18,675 bases of DNA, from positions 1 through 18,675 of the forward strand of contig JAOZIF010000175.1 of NCBI GenBank assembly GCA_026014495.1, given 5' to 3'. A program made the position numbers and the translations under genes. Shown piece by piece: positions 1 to 10,209 of this stretch. Positions within the stretch are counted from its first letter, which is position 1. Each line of letters starts with the position of its first letter. Source of the DNA: Candidatus Bathyarchaeum sp. (GTDB taxonomy: Archaea > Thermoproteota > Bathyarchaeia > Bathyarchaeales > Bathyarchaeaceae). Under the pieces are notes generated by a model. It saw only the letters and a program-made list of their open reading frames with translations, did not search any database and had not been told where the DNA came from.

Positions 1-52
1 TAAGTCTGTGGTCCATGGGGCCACGCGGGTTCAAATCCCGCACCCCGCGCCA
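1..52 (+). tRNA. tRNA, 3' part only (5' half lies outside the window); most likely tRNA-Ser(GCT)
   Basis: T-arm GCGGG-TTCAAAT-CCCGC (25-41), acceptor 3' strand ACCCCGC (42-48), discriminator G49, encoded CCA (50-52), long variable hairpin TGGTC-CATGG-GGCCA. The window start T-AA-GTCTG fits position 36=T, 37-38=AA and the anticodon 3' stem. Long arm + G73 + T36 implies Ser(GCT), but the full anticodon is not visible. Confidence 0.85.
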
Positions 53-107
53 TTCCTTTGTCTGGATTCACAACTGTTTTAGGGTTATTCAACGAATTAA
101 TTGTCTA

Positions 108-785
108 ATGTTTCGTACACGTAGAAATGCGAATCGTTACCGAAATTTTGGTTTGTTGTTAGTTTTAGCGAGCTTTGTTTCTTTGTATTTGGGCTTTAAA
201 ACTGGCCATTTTGTGGTTTTTTTGGTTGGCTGTGGCTTTTTTGTTGGTTCGTTTCCTTTGTTTCAGAAGTTTAAAATCTGGCGGTATGGAGCAAAGGGTG
301 AAGAGCGGGTGGCAAAATGTTTGAAGTCTTTGAAAGGCAGGTATAATGTTATTCATGATGTAGAGCTTGGCAAGAGGGGAGATGTTGACCATGTGGTTGT
401 TGGCCCAAACGGGGTTTTTGTTATAGAAACAAAAAACAATAATGGCGCAATTAGCTGCAACGGCGACTCTTGGAGTCAATGGAAAACTGGAAAAAAGGGT
501 GGTCGTTACAAGGGAAAGCTTGGCAGCCCAAGCAAACAAGCAAAAAGAAACGCATCCCTAATTGGCAACTTAATAAGAAGACGCCTCCACGTTCACTTCT
601 ATGTAAACGCCTTGGTTGTTTTCGCTAACAAAAAAGCAACACTGGACATGCAACACCCAACAGTTCCTGTTCTTAAAACCGACGAACTTTGTAGCTTCAT
701 ACAAAGTTTTGGCTCAAAAATGCTTAGCAACAAAGACCAGAACAGATTAGCTGAGTTAATAACGTCTTATTCTCGCTACAATTGA
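108..785 (+). CDS. Membrane-anchored NERD (nuclease-related domain) protein, about 225 aa
   Basis: NERD motifs GAKGEERVAKCL, VIHDV, GDVDHVVVGPNGVFVIETKN and SPSKQAKRNA, preceded by two hydrophobic segments. The ORF-track start at 15 lies inside the tRNA, so ATG 108 is used. Confidence 0.85.
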   Translation: MFRTRRNANRYRNFGLLLVLASFVSLYLGFKTGHFVVFLVGCGFFVGSFPLFQKFKIWRYGAKGEERVAKCLKSLKGRYNVIHDVELGKRGDVDHVVVGPNGVFVIETKNNNGAISCNGDSWSQWKTGKKGGRYKGKLGSPSKQAKRNASLIGNLIRRRLHVHFYVNALVVFANKKATLDMQHPTVPVLKTDELCSFIQSFGSKMLSNKDQNRLAELITSYSRYN

Positions 786-846
786 TAGCGTAACATGTTT
801 GTAGCCCTGTTTTGCCATCAAAAAATGCTAACTTTAAGAGCAAAAA

Positions 847-1581
847 TTGGTATTAAATAGGTATAGTTTACTGAGCGCAAACCTGAAGAAGGCAACCTAT
901 TTGAAAACTGAAAGACCTACAACAGAAAAAACGTTGGTTGACAAGAACTTGTTTTTGAAAAAACATAAACAAGTTATTTTAGATTGGGCAAAAGCCAACA
1001 AAGCACGTCTTATTGATGGCAGAAAAAACTATTCATGGAACGATAAAGAACCTCAAACGTGTCTAACAGAACGAAATGAAATAACCGAATCAATAGCTTT
1101 TTCTCGAAGTCAAAACTCTGGCGGAATCGACCTTGTAACTCTTGACCTGATTATGTCTTGGGGTGGTTTTGGTAAGTTTCCTTTACGTGACGAACAAAAA
1201 GTTTTAGAAATCACTCAAAAAATATTCAACCTTGTTGACAACGGCAAAATATCTGACGCTGTTGAAGACCTCCTAACAATAAAGGGTGTTGGAATTTTTC
1301 AAGCATCAAAAATTATTGGCCTTTTTGACCAAGACCGATTTTGCATCTACAACAGCCAAGTTGGAAACGCTTTAAAAACTTTGCAATTCGCTGAAAAGCC
1401 TGTTCTCAAATGCCCTGTAGGCCCTAAAACTCCAGAAGACATCTGCTCAGACGAACGGTGGGGCGAAAACTATCAACACTTAATCTGGACTTTAGAAGTA
1501 ATCCGAGACTATCTAAACTCCGAAGGATACCCCTTCAGTATAGCAGACATCGAAATGGCGCTGTTCATGATGGGAAAATAG
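847..1581 (+). CDS. OGG-like / HhH-superfamily DNA glycosylase-like protein (start uncertain: TTG 847 or TTG 901)
   Basis: IMSWGG motif, HhH LLTIKGVGIFQASKII, downstream FCIYNSQV (usually YDSRV-like) and C-terminal ADIEMALFMMG, recalled as typical of the putative OGG-like family. Confidence 0.6.
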   Translation: MVLNRYSLLSANLKKATYLKTERPTTEKTLVDKNLFLKKHKQVILDWAKANKARLIDGRKNYSWNDKEPQTCLTERNEITESIAFSRSQNSGGIDLVTLDLIMSWGGFGKFPLRDEQKVLEITQKIFNLVDNGKISDAVEDLLTIKGVGIFQASKIIGLFDQDRFCIYNSQVGNALKTLQFAEKPVLKCPVGPKTPEDICSDERWGENYQHLIWTLEVIRDYLNSEGYPFSIADIEMALFMMGK

Positions 1582-1706
1582 CTAGTAATCCTGTATTTTG
1601 TTGATGCTTTTGTATCCGTTTTTAGCTCTTGCTTTAAACATAAACCTGAATTCTATGATTCAAGTCGTGTGGATTCAGACATTTATCGATACTTGTAAAT
1701 GCTATA

Positions 1707-1725
1707 TTTTTTTAAAAAAAGAAAA
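1707..1725. terminator. Probable bidirectional oligo-T terminator between convergent genes
   Basis: T7 (1707-1713) directly abuts A7-G-A4 (1714-1725), giving T-tracts on both strands between the stops at 1581 (+) and 1743 (-). Confidence 0.55.
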
Positions 1726-1742
1726 TAGGGGGATGGTTTTGT

Positions 1743-2294
1743 TTATTCTATCTCACTTTGGTTTATCAGATCGAATTCGAAAAGATACTCTGATGGAGTC
1801 CAACCGCTCATTTCTGTAGGTTCTTCGTCGTCAAAGTCAGAAGCTAACACCAGCCAAATCTTTGAGCCTTCAACATCTGCAACCTCGTCGCCGTCGGTAT
1901 CATATGTGTATGATGGTAAAATGTCGTAATCAATGGAACCTTTTATGTGAACGTTTCCTTCCTCATTAGAAGTGGCACTGCCCAACACTAGAGAGTCTGT
2001 TCCTGGCCATGGGTCCTGATAGCAGATTAAAACATATGCAGTCTCTGGCTCTAATGCATGTCCGTTGAAAACAAACGTGCCTTTGTTGGTGTTGATGTTT
2101 AGTTTGCCCCATGCGCCATCTTCGACTATGTCCCATGTTTCACTGTCTTTTTCGTAGAGGTATAGATGGTCAGTTTTTCCTTTTTGAAGGCCATTTGTTG
2201 CGGCTGGGCTGATTGTTTTTGCTGCGAAAACAGGAACTACTGTTACTATCATTAGTGCAACCATTGCAATCATTATTATTGATTTTTTGTGCAT
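1743..2294 (-). CDS. Exported acidic hypothetical protein with Sec signal peptide, 183 aa
   Basis: N-terminus MHKK + hydrophobic core + VPVFA|AK signal-peptidase-like site; SD-like GAGGA upstream; D/E-rich mature region. Confidence 0.8.
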   Translation of the reverse strand: MHKKSIIMIAMVALMIVTVVPVFAAKTISPAATNGLQKGKTDHLYLYEKDSETWDIVEDGAWGKLNINTNKGTFVFNGHALEPETAYVLICYQDPWPGTDSLVLGSATSNEEGNVHIKGSIDYDILPSYTYDTDGDEVADVEGSKIWLVLASDFDDEEPTEMSGWTPSEYLFEFDLINQSEIE

Positions 2295-2336
2295 TTTCTT
2301 TTCCTCATTCCTAATTATTATCTGGAATATTGACTC

Positions 2337-2344
2337 TTAATAAA
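2337..2344 (-). promoter_or_regulatory. TATA box for the exported-protein gene
   Basis: TTTATTAA on the - strand about 43 nt upstream of ATG 2294. Confidence 0.5.
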
Positions 2345-2398
2345 CATTATTGTGTTGCTGTAGAACACAAATCCAAAACAATCTAAACTACCAAAAAC

Positions 2399-3322
2399 TT
2401 AGGGCATTTTTGGTTTGATAGCCTTTGTTGGACATGCATCTGCACATTTTAGGCAGTATATGCATTCTGGATGCGTGAACTTTTCCCAAGGCAACTCCAG
2501 TATAGGAACGTTCATGGGACACGCCGCAACACAATCATTGCATCCTGTTTTTGTGCATTTCAGGGGGTCTCTTTGCAAGCCCAAGAAACTGAATCGGTTA
2601 AGGAACGCCAAGATTGCGCCGTGTGGACAAAAATACTTGCACCAGCTTCTTGGAACATACGCAGCTAACATCAGAACTCCCCCCAGTACGACAAAACGTG
2701 CCCACAATAGTGGACGAACAGCCAAAACGCCCTCCACAAAAACGTCAACATTGTTAACTAGGTTAAAAACTCCGTTTGGGATAACTGCAAAAAGTGTATC
2801 CGCTGGACTAAAAGCACTAAAGGGTGCAGCAGCAAAAACGCCTAAAGCGGACTTGAATTCTTCACCTGAACCAGAAGCCAAAGCTAACGCTAACGCCCAG
2901 CTTACAATAAGAACAATCAGCATAATCACGTATTTGATGTAAATCATCCAGTTGTGTGTTCTAGGCGAAATCTCCATCTTCTTCCTTTTGAAGACTCCAA
3001 CAATGTCCTGAACAAAACCGAATGGACAAACCCAGCCACACAATGACCTACCCAAAATTGCGGCAACAAGGAAAAACGAGGCTAACGGAATCCACGGAAA
3101 AACAGCATCACTTAACATAACTTGCATCATTGCAAAAGCGTCGCCCAGTGCCTGCTGCTCAAGCCCCAAGGTGAACATGACCGGAAGGGCAATAGCCAAG
3201 TGACCCAAACCAAAAACAACGCCAACAAACAACACAAACGAGATAACCTGAACAATTCTTCTAAGAACCTGCATGTTCACAAAGTTTTTTCCACTAGCAG
3301 CCGCAGTTTCTGTTGCAGTCAT
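2399..3322 (-). CDS. NapH/MauN-family 4Fe-4S-binding membrane protein (polyferredoxin-type), 307 aa
   Basis: Multiple TM segments, two CxxxCP motifs (GRSLCGWVCPFG, RSWCKYFCPHG) and two C-terminal ferredoxin motifs (CTKTGCNDCVAACP, CIYCLKCADACP). Confidence 0.88.
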   Translation of the reverse strand: MTATETAAASGKNFVNMQVLRRIVQVISFVLFVGVVFGLGHLAIALPVMFTLGLEQQALGDAFAMMQVMLSDAVFPWIPLASFFLVAAILGRSLCGWVCPFGFVQDIVGVFKRKKMEISPRTHNWMIYIKYVIMLIVLIVSWALALALASGSGEEFKSALGVFAAAPFSAFSPADTLFAVIPNGVFNLVNNVDVFVEGVLAVRPLLWARFVVLGGVLMLAAYVPRSWCKYFCPHGAILAFLNRFSFLGLQRDPLKCTKTGCNDCVAACPMNVPILELPWEKFTHPECIYCLKCADACPTKAIKPKMP

Positions 3323-3412
3323 TTCCTATGCCATATCTCCTGCCAACTTTTTTTACCGCTTCAAGCCTCAGGTAATATTAAAGACGTGACGCTCACTTAC
3401 AATAAAAATGTT

Positions 3413-4786
3413 TCACAGTTTTCCCACAGCCTTCACGTTTTCCACTCTAATCCACGGAGCAACCAAATGTCCCCTCTGCTTAACATTGCTGCCCAACGCT
3501 GACACGTTCCTTAGAACATCAAAGAAAACTCCAGCCAGCATAACATCCCTTACCGCATGCGACACCTCACCGTTCTCAATTTTCCACACTGGAGTAGCAA
3601 CAACCGAAAACTCGCCACTCTCTGGATTACTGCTATGAGCACCCTGAACACCATACACTATCAGTCCCTCTTTGACTTCGCCTACAAGCTCCTCAGCAGA
3701 TTTGTTTCCACTCTTGAACGTGAAGTTATTTGCCTCAAGAACTGGCGTAGAACTGTATGATGTGCTTCCTGACCGTGAAGCGTTTCCAGTGCTCTGGGCA
3801 TCAGCCTTGTTTGCGGTGTAGTTGTCATACAAGAAGTTTTTTAGCACCCCATTTTCGATAACCACAGTTTTCTGGCATGGAACACCTTCACAGTCAAACT
3901 TTCTTGTCAGCAGCCCGCCCTCAAGAAGCCCATCATCACACACTGTAACAAGCTCTGACGCAACCTGCTCTCCAACTTTATCCTTAAACGCAGACCGCTC
4001 CCTTTGAACATAATCTGCCTTAACAGCATTTATCACCGTATAATAAAGCAGAGAATGAAACGCAGACTGCGTAAAAATCACCGGAAACACTCCAGAACCA
4101 ATCTTCTTAGCCCCTAGTGCACAAACCGCCTGTCTAGCAGCTTCTGTTCCTACTCCCACTGGGTCGATATCGTAGACTCTTTGTGTATTTAGCTCATAAC
4201 ATGCTGGAGTTACGTCACTTCCATCCCGTGCAATTGTCTCCATGGAACAGCCAACCGCAGTTCCCACATCAAAAGCTTCAACCCCATGAGAATTAACCAA
4301 AACCGCACTAAACAAAGAAGTCGCTACGCCTCCATCTACCGCCAAAACCCGTTTATCATACTCGCCAACCGCCCCCAACATGTCAGAGGCAAGCTCAGTT
4401 AACTCGCCAGACGACAAATCCAGTATCCTCTTGTCGTAGGTTCCTTTGGTTTCAGCAAAGTCTCTGGGACTGGGAAAACTTTTCCAGTTTTTGTCTGGTC
4501 TACTTGCTTTGGCAGCCCTGAGAGCTCTTTGTGACGCCTCTTTGACATCTTTAATTGTTAAAGTGTTTGTATACGAAAAACCAACAGCCTTCCTGTAAAC
4601 TGCCCTAACTCCTAAGCCCTGATCCATACTTTTGGAGCTTCTGACAATCTGTCCTCTCTCAATACTTATCGAAGTGCCGCTGTTTGTACTAAGGAAAGCC
4701 TCCGCCTCTTGGGCGCCGTTCCTAAGCGCAAAATCAACTGCTTTCTTACCAAAATCTATCAGTTCTACAGCCTTATGCTCCGCCAC
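3413..4786 (-). CDS. pmbA: TldD/PmbA family protein, PmbA (TldE)-type non-catalytic subunit
   Basis: GLGVRAV, DDGLLEGG..TRKFDCEGVP, TGNASR and GEFSV motifs; no HExxxH. GAGGTGA lies 6 nt before GTG 4786 (TTG 4789 is the alternative start). Overlaps the tldD stop. Confidence 0.88.
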   Translation of the reverse strand: MAEHKAVELIDFGKKAVDFALRNGAQEAEAFLSTNSGTSISIERGQIVRSSKSMDQGLGVRAVYRKAVGFSYTNTLTIKDVKEASQRALRAAKASRPDKNWKSFPSPRDFAETKGTYDKRILDLSSGELTELASDMLGAVGEYDKRVLAVDGGVATSLFSAVLVNSHGVEAFDVGTAVGCSMETIARDGSDVTPACYELNTQRVYDIDPVGVGTEAARQAVCALGAKKIGSGVFPVIFTQSAFHSLLYYTVINAVKADYVQRERSAFKDKVGEQVASELVTVCDDGLLEGGLLTRKFDCEGVPCQKTVVIENGVLKNFLYDNYTANKADAQSTGNASRSGSTSYSSTPVLEANNFTFKSGNKSAEELVGEVKEGLIVYGVQGAHSSNPESGEFSVVATPVWKIENGEVSHAVRDVMLAGVFFDVLRNVSALGSNVKQRGHLVAPWIRVENVKAVGKL

Positions 4787-6155
4787 CAACAGTCACCTCT
4801 CCTACCCGAATATGTGGACCACCATCACAGATGAATGCAGTTTGCCCTTTGCCGCATCTTCCAGGCCACAACTCAAAATCTTTGCCAACAGCATCCACCC
4901 TACGCAACGTCTCAAGCGTGTTGCCGCTTATAGATGCACTTCTAACTGGCTCTCCAATCTGTCCCTTGACAATCTCGTAGGCTTCTTGTATTCCAACCTG
5001 AAATGTCCCATCCAAGTTTGCTTGTCCGCCCCGGAAACTCTTAAGATAATAACCAAAATCAACATCTTCAACAAGCTCTTCAAAGCTGCTGTCACCTGCC
5101 GCAAGGTACGTGTTTCTCATTCTGATGATGGGCTCAAACCTGAAGTCTTCAGCTCTAGCATTGCCTGTGGGTTTCATGTTGAGTTTGTGGGCGGTTTCGC
5201 GGTCATTCATGAGTCCCGTTAAAGTTCCTTTTTCGATTAGAGGCGTTTTTTGTGTTCGAACTCCTTCATCGTCATACTTGAACGACCCAAATGCGCCCTC
5301 AATTGTGCCGTCATCATAAACTGTAACCGCATCTGATGCAATCTGTTTTCCTAGCTTATCAAAAAGCACAGACCCAGACAAAGTCAAATCTGCCTCTGCA
5401 AGGTGCCCCATAGCCTCGTGGATGAAAACTCCCACAACATTAGGTCCAATAACTGCTGGAAACGCTCCGCCTTTTGGTGTTTTGGCTTTCAGTTGCTCAA
5501 CCGTGCGTTTGGCAACAGTTGTTCCCAGCTTTTGTGGTGTTTCGATGTCAAAAATTTCGTAGCCTGAAGTGGAGCCTATCTCTTCTCGTGCAGAAGCAAA
5601 AACGCTGCCCTGTTTTGCTGAGGCAAGAATCCGCGACCAAACATACAACTTATCCTGTTCTATGTTGGTTCCGTCACTGTTAACAAAGTAGCTTGTTCCA
5701 GTTACATCCAAGTAGCTGATTGTACAGCTTTTTATTCTATTATCGTGACCAAGCACTGCCTTGTCCATAGCCAAAACATCGCTAATCTTTTGTTCCATAG
5801 ACACGTCCTTGGGATTCTTCTTTGAGCTAGCCACTACCCTGTCGTTTATCGTCTTTACTTGCGCAAGCTCAACAGGAGACTTAACGTGACTGCTGGCTGC
5901 CTTCGCTAAACCTACTGCCTCACCAACAGCCTTTGTTAACAGTTTAGGCTCCAGTTTTCCAAGAGAAACAAAACCCCAAGCACCATCAACTAGTGCTCTA
6001 ACAGCAGCGCCGCCTTCAGTTCCCTCTTTTGCTCCCTCAACTGTGCCGTCTTTGGTCGTTAAAAGCGTCTTAAAGAGGGTTTGTGTCCGAACCTCAACAT
6101 ACTGGGCGCCTAGACTTTTGCCGTAGTCAACAGATCTTGCCAGAATATCCCTCAA
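4773..6155 (-). CDS. tldD: TldD family metalloprotease, catalytic subunit, 460 aa
   Basis: VFIHEAMGHLAEAD (HExxxH), YDDEGV, PTGNARA, IIRMRNTY and C-terminal CGKGQ...DGGPH containing the third metal-ligand Cys. Confidence 0.92.
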   Translation of the reverse strand: MRDILARSVDYGKSLGAQYVEVRTQTLFKTLLTTKDGTVEGAKEGTEGGAAVRALVDGAWGFVSLGKLEPKLLTKAVGEAVGLAKAASSHVKSPVELAQVKTINDRVVASSKKNPKDVSMEQKISDVLAMDKAVLGHDNRIKSCTISYLDVTGTSYFVNSDGTNIEQDKLYVWSRILASAKQGSVFASAREEIGSTSGYEIFDIETPQKLGTTVAKRTVEQLKAKTPKGGAFPAVIGPNVVGVFIHEAMGHLAEADLTLSGSVLFDKLGKQIASDAVTVYDDGTIEGAFGSFKYDDEGVRTQKTPLIEKGTLTGLMNDRETAHKLNMKPTGNARAEDFRFEPIIRMRNTYLAAGDSSFEELVEDVDFGYYLKSFRGGQANLDGTFQVGIQEAYEIVKGQIGEPVRSASISGNTLETLRRVDAVGKDFELWPGRCGKGQTAFICDGGPHIRVGEVTVGGGA

Positions 6156-6218
6156 AATGCATCAATTCCTTTTGTATGCCGATTAAGAGTTATGTTCAGT
6201 CTTAAAACTGTATTCCGG

Positions 6219-7511
6219 TTACATGAAGTCAGCCATGCTCTTTTGTTTAGGCTTTTGTGGTACCATGCTTTCTTGTTGTTCATCAAATATTGCAAGCTGC
6301 CCATAAACGCCGTCATATCCGGGTATTACTTTGGCTTTTTCTTTTCTAACCCGAACAATCGCCTCAGCAATCTGTGAATCAACAATCTTATTCATCTCTT
6401 CTAATGATGCATCAATAAGCACAGTGTATTCGTCGCCAAACTTTGCTATCAGCGGATTGTAGATGCTCCAAACCTTCTTTGTTCCAGGATAGCTCATGCC
6501 CACAACAGCAGTGATAATCTCAGAAAGCGGCAGCAGCCGTTTGTATCCTATCGGGTTTTCTGGAGCGTAATCGGCGGGTCTGTCAGCCAACTCTTCGATT
6601 CTTTGCTCAACGCCTCGGGTGAGTTTTCTGCCACATTTTGGGCAACGGTTTCCATATTTTATGGCTTCTTGGGGAGGAAGCGAAATGTTGCAGTTTCTGT
6701 GTCCTGTCCAGTGATATTTGCCGTACGCAGGGTTGGTTTCTATTGTAAACTTGAAGCGTTTGTTGTCTTTCTTGCGTATAGCATCAACCACTTCCATGTA
6801 CGTTAGCTTGTCTAGCTCGAACACATTTGCTTCTCTTCCAATTCTCCATGGCCAGTGGCTGTGGCAGTCACTATTCGAAATTAGCGTATACCTGTCAAGA
6901 GCGCTTAGTCTCCAGTTCATAGGCGGGTCAGAAGACAACCCCGTTTCCAGTGCATGAATATGCTTGGTCATGTCCTCATAGCAGTCCTCTACAGTATCAA
7001 AACCACTAAACGCACCAAAGAGACTAAACCATGGCGTCCAAACATGAGCAGGAACCACCTCATTCTCATCAGAAACTTGCATAACCTCTTCCACAAGCTG
7101 TGCAGAAGTCATATCCAAGAACGGTCTACCATCAACAGCCAAGTCACCATACTTTTTTAGTCTATCATTAATTTGAGCTGCTGTTTCGAGGCTAGGCGTA
7201 AAAACTACATGATGTATCTTCTTGGCTTTTTCCCCAACATTGTATATCGTGCAGACTTCAGCAGTTAACATGTAACGAATAGGCGACTCAGGACGCTTAG
7301 CTGAACCATACAGGCTGGTACCCGAAACTTCAGATAACTCATTAGACAATTCACTAAACCATTTTGGGTGAGTAAAATCGCCTGTACCCACAAGCGTCAA
7401 GCCTTTGATTTTTGCAAAACGCGTAATCTCCGTTATATCCATGTTCTGGCTTGTGGCACGACTATATTTGCTATGAATGTGAAGATCCGCAACAACCCTC
7501 AAAGCATACAC
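6219..7511 (-). CDS. endoQ: Endonuclease Q (PHP-domain, TIGR00375-like) deaminated-base/AP-site endonuclease; start GTG 7511 or TTG 7502
   Basis: ADLHIHSKYSRATS, IHHVV, VPAHVWTPW, ETGLSSDPPMNW, SNSDCHS, Zn-binding HRNC...CPKCG, GVEQRIEELADR and PGYDGVYG. Confidence 0.88.
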   Translation of the reverse strand: MYALRVVADLHIHSKYSRATSQNMDITEITRFAKIKGLTLVGTGDFTHPKWFSELSNELSEVSGTSLYGSAKRPESPIRYMLTAEVCTIYNVGEKAKKIHHVVFTPSLETAAQINDRLKKYGDLAVDGRPFLDMTSAQLVEEVMQVSDENEVVPAHVWTPWFSLFGAFSGFDTVEDCYEDMTKHIHALETGLSSDPPMNWRLSALDRYTLISNSDCHSHWPWRIGREANVFELDKLTYMEVVDAIRKKDNKRFKFTIETNPAYGKYHWTGHRNCNISLPPQEAIKYGNRCPKCGRKLTRGVEQRIEELADRPADYAPENPIGYKRLLPLSEIITAVVGMSYPGTKKVWSIYNPLIAKFGDEYTVLIDASLEEMNKIVDSQIAEAIVRVRKEKAKVIPGYDGVYGQLAIFDEQQESMVPQKPKQKSMADFM

Positions 7512-7515
7512 CCAA

Positions 7516-7539
7516 CCATCCAGATTGTTTTTGCAATCT
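7516..7539. promoter_or_regulatory. Candidate operator at the endoQ transcription start
   Basis: Perfect inverted repeat AGATTG-N6-CAATCT (7522-7539) plus CCATC-CA-GATTG (7516-7527), downstream of TATA-like TTTACATA (7560-7553, - strand). Confidence 0.35.
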
Positions 7540-7610
7540 TTCTATAATAGTGTATGTAAAGACGGTAAGATGCTGAAGTGCTGTTGCCACTACCTTGTTG
7601 TGTCTATTGT

Positions 7611-7769
7611 TTACTCGTTTCTTTCGAATAGCAAGTAATGGTTGACTTCTGAGCCACGTAGTTGAGCTGCAGAGTATGTGTGGAGACTCCAACCTTGGCT
7701 TTGATATTCTTCTATTCTTTTTCCAACATTATTGTGGTGACCAACCTGCACACATTTCCATTTTTTCAC
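7611..7769 (-). CDS. Small conserved-looking protein, 52 aa, DUF4177-like
   Basis: GTG 7769 follows SD GGAGAGG. The sequence MKKWKCVQV...IEEYQSQGWSLHTY...HYLLFER has the (K/W)-x-V...GW-x-L...Y-x-x-F-x-R pattern of DUF4177-like proteins. The ORF track extends it to 7802. Confidence 0.65.
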   Translation of the reverse strand: MKKWKCVQVGHHNNVGKRIEEYQSQGWSLHTYSAAQLRGSEVNHYLLFERNE

Positions 7770-7823
7770 CGCAACCTCTCCTTTGATAAACTCTATTGCC
7801 ACTGCTCTTTTAATTGTCTTTTC

Positions 7824-7876
7824 AAAAAAATAGTTCGCCCCAAAAAAGGGAGTGCAATGGGGGAGCTTTCCCCCGT
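7824..7876 (-). terminator. Probable cdc48 terminator: GC hairpin followed by T-tracts
   Basis: Hairpin GGGGGA-AAGC-TCCCCC (7874-7859), then T6 and T7 (7830-7824) on the - strand, just after the cdc48 stop. Confidence 0.55.
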
Positions 7877-7890
7877 GGCTACTTGTTTTT

Positions 7891-10059
<2,169 letters not shown>

Positions 10060-10125
10060 TCACCTCATTTTTTGTTTATTATCTAACAAGTTCTACCTTC
10101 TTTGTGGTCGATTATCACATATAAA
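10060..10125 (-). promoter_or_regulatory. cdc48 promoter and ribosome-binding site
   Basis: TATA TTTATATG (10125-10118) and SD GAGGTGA (10066-10060), 6 nt before the ATG. Confidence 0.7.
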
Positions 10126-10209
10126 TATTACCAATTTCCCATATTCTTTTAATGTCTAAATAAATTGAGATTTACGCATAAATTGTAATTTTACGAATTA
10201 ATTTAACAT

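Noticed and set aside
1-10. Reading the first bases TAA as a Leu(TAA) anticodon
   Set aside because: Discriminator G73 and the T-AA-GTCTG spacing fit Ser(GCT) better; archaeal Leu tRNAs use A73.
25-52. attL/attR duplication of the tRNA 3' end marking an integrated element
   Set aside because: I saw no second copy of GGTTCAAATCCC or ACCCCGCGCCA and no integrase in the window (visual scan only).
15-107. N-terminal extension of the NERD ORF from ATG 15
   Set aside because: It overlaps the tRNA body; ATG 108 gives a normal TM-NERD protein.
1598-1819. 73-aa + strand ORF
   Set aside because: It crosses the T7/A7 terminator and overlaps the exported-protein gene antisense; no recognisable motif.
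4632-5222. 196-aa - strand ORF and other alternative-frame or antisense ORFs inside tldD, pmbA, napH, endoQ, cdc48 and guaA (e.g. 2415-2942, 8168-8872)
   Set aside because: They lie within well-supported genes and have no motifs; this is the expected shadow of codon bias.
6183-6205. Inverted repeat TTAAGA-N11-TCTTAA at the tldD promoter
   Set aside because: The arms are AT-rich and one is the TATA box itself; there is no second instance, so it cannot be distinguished from chance.
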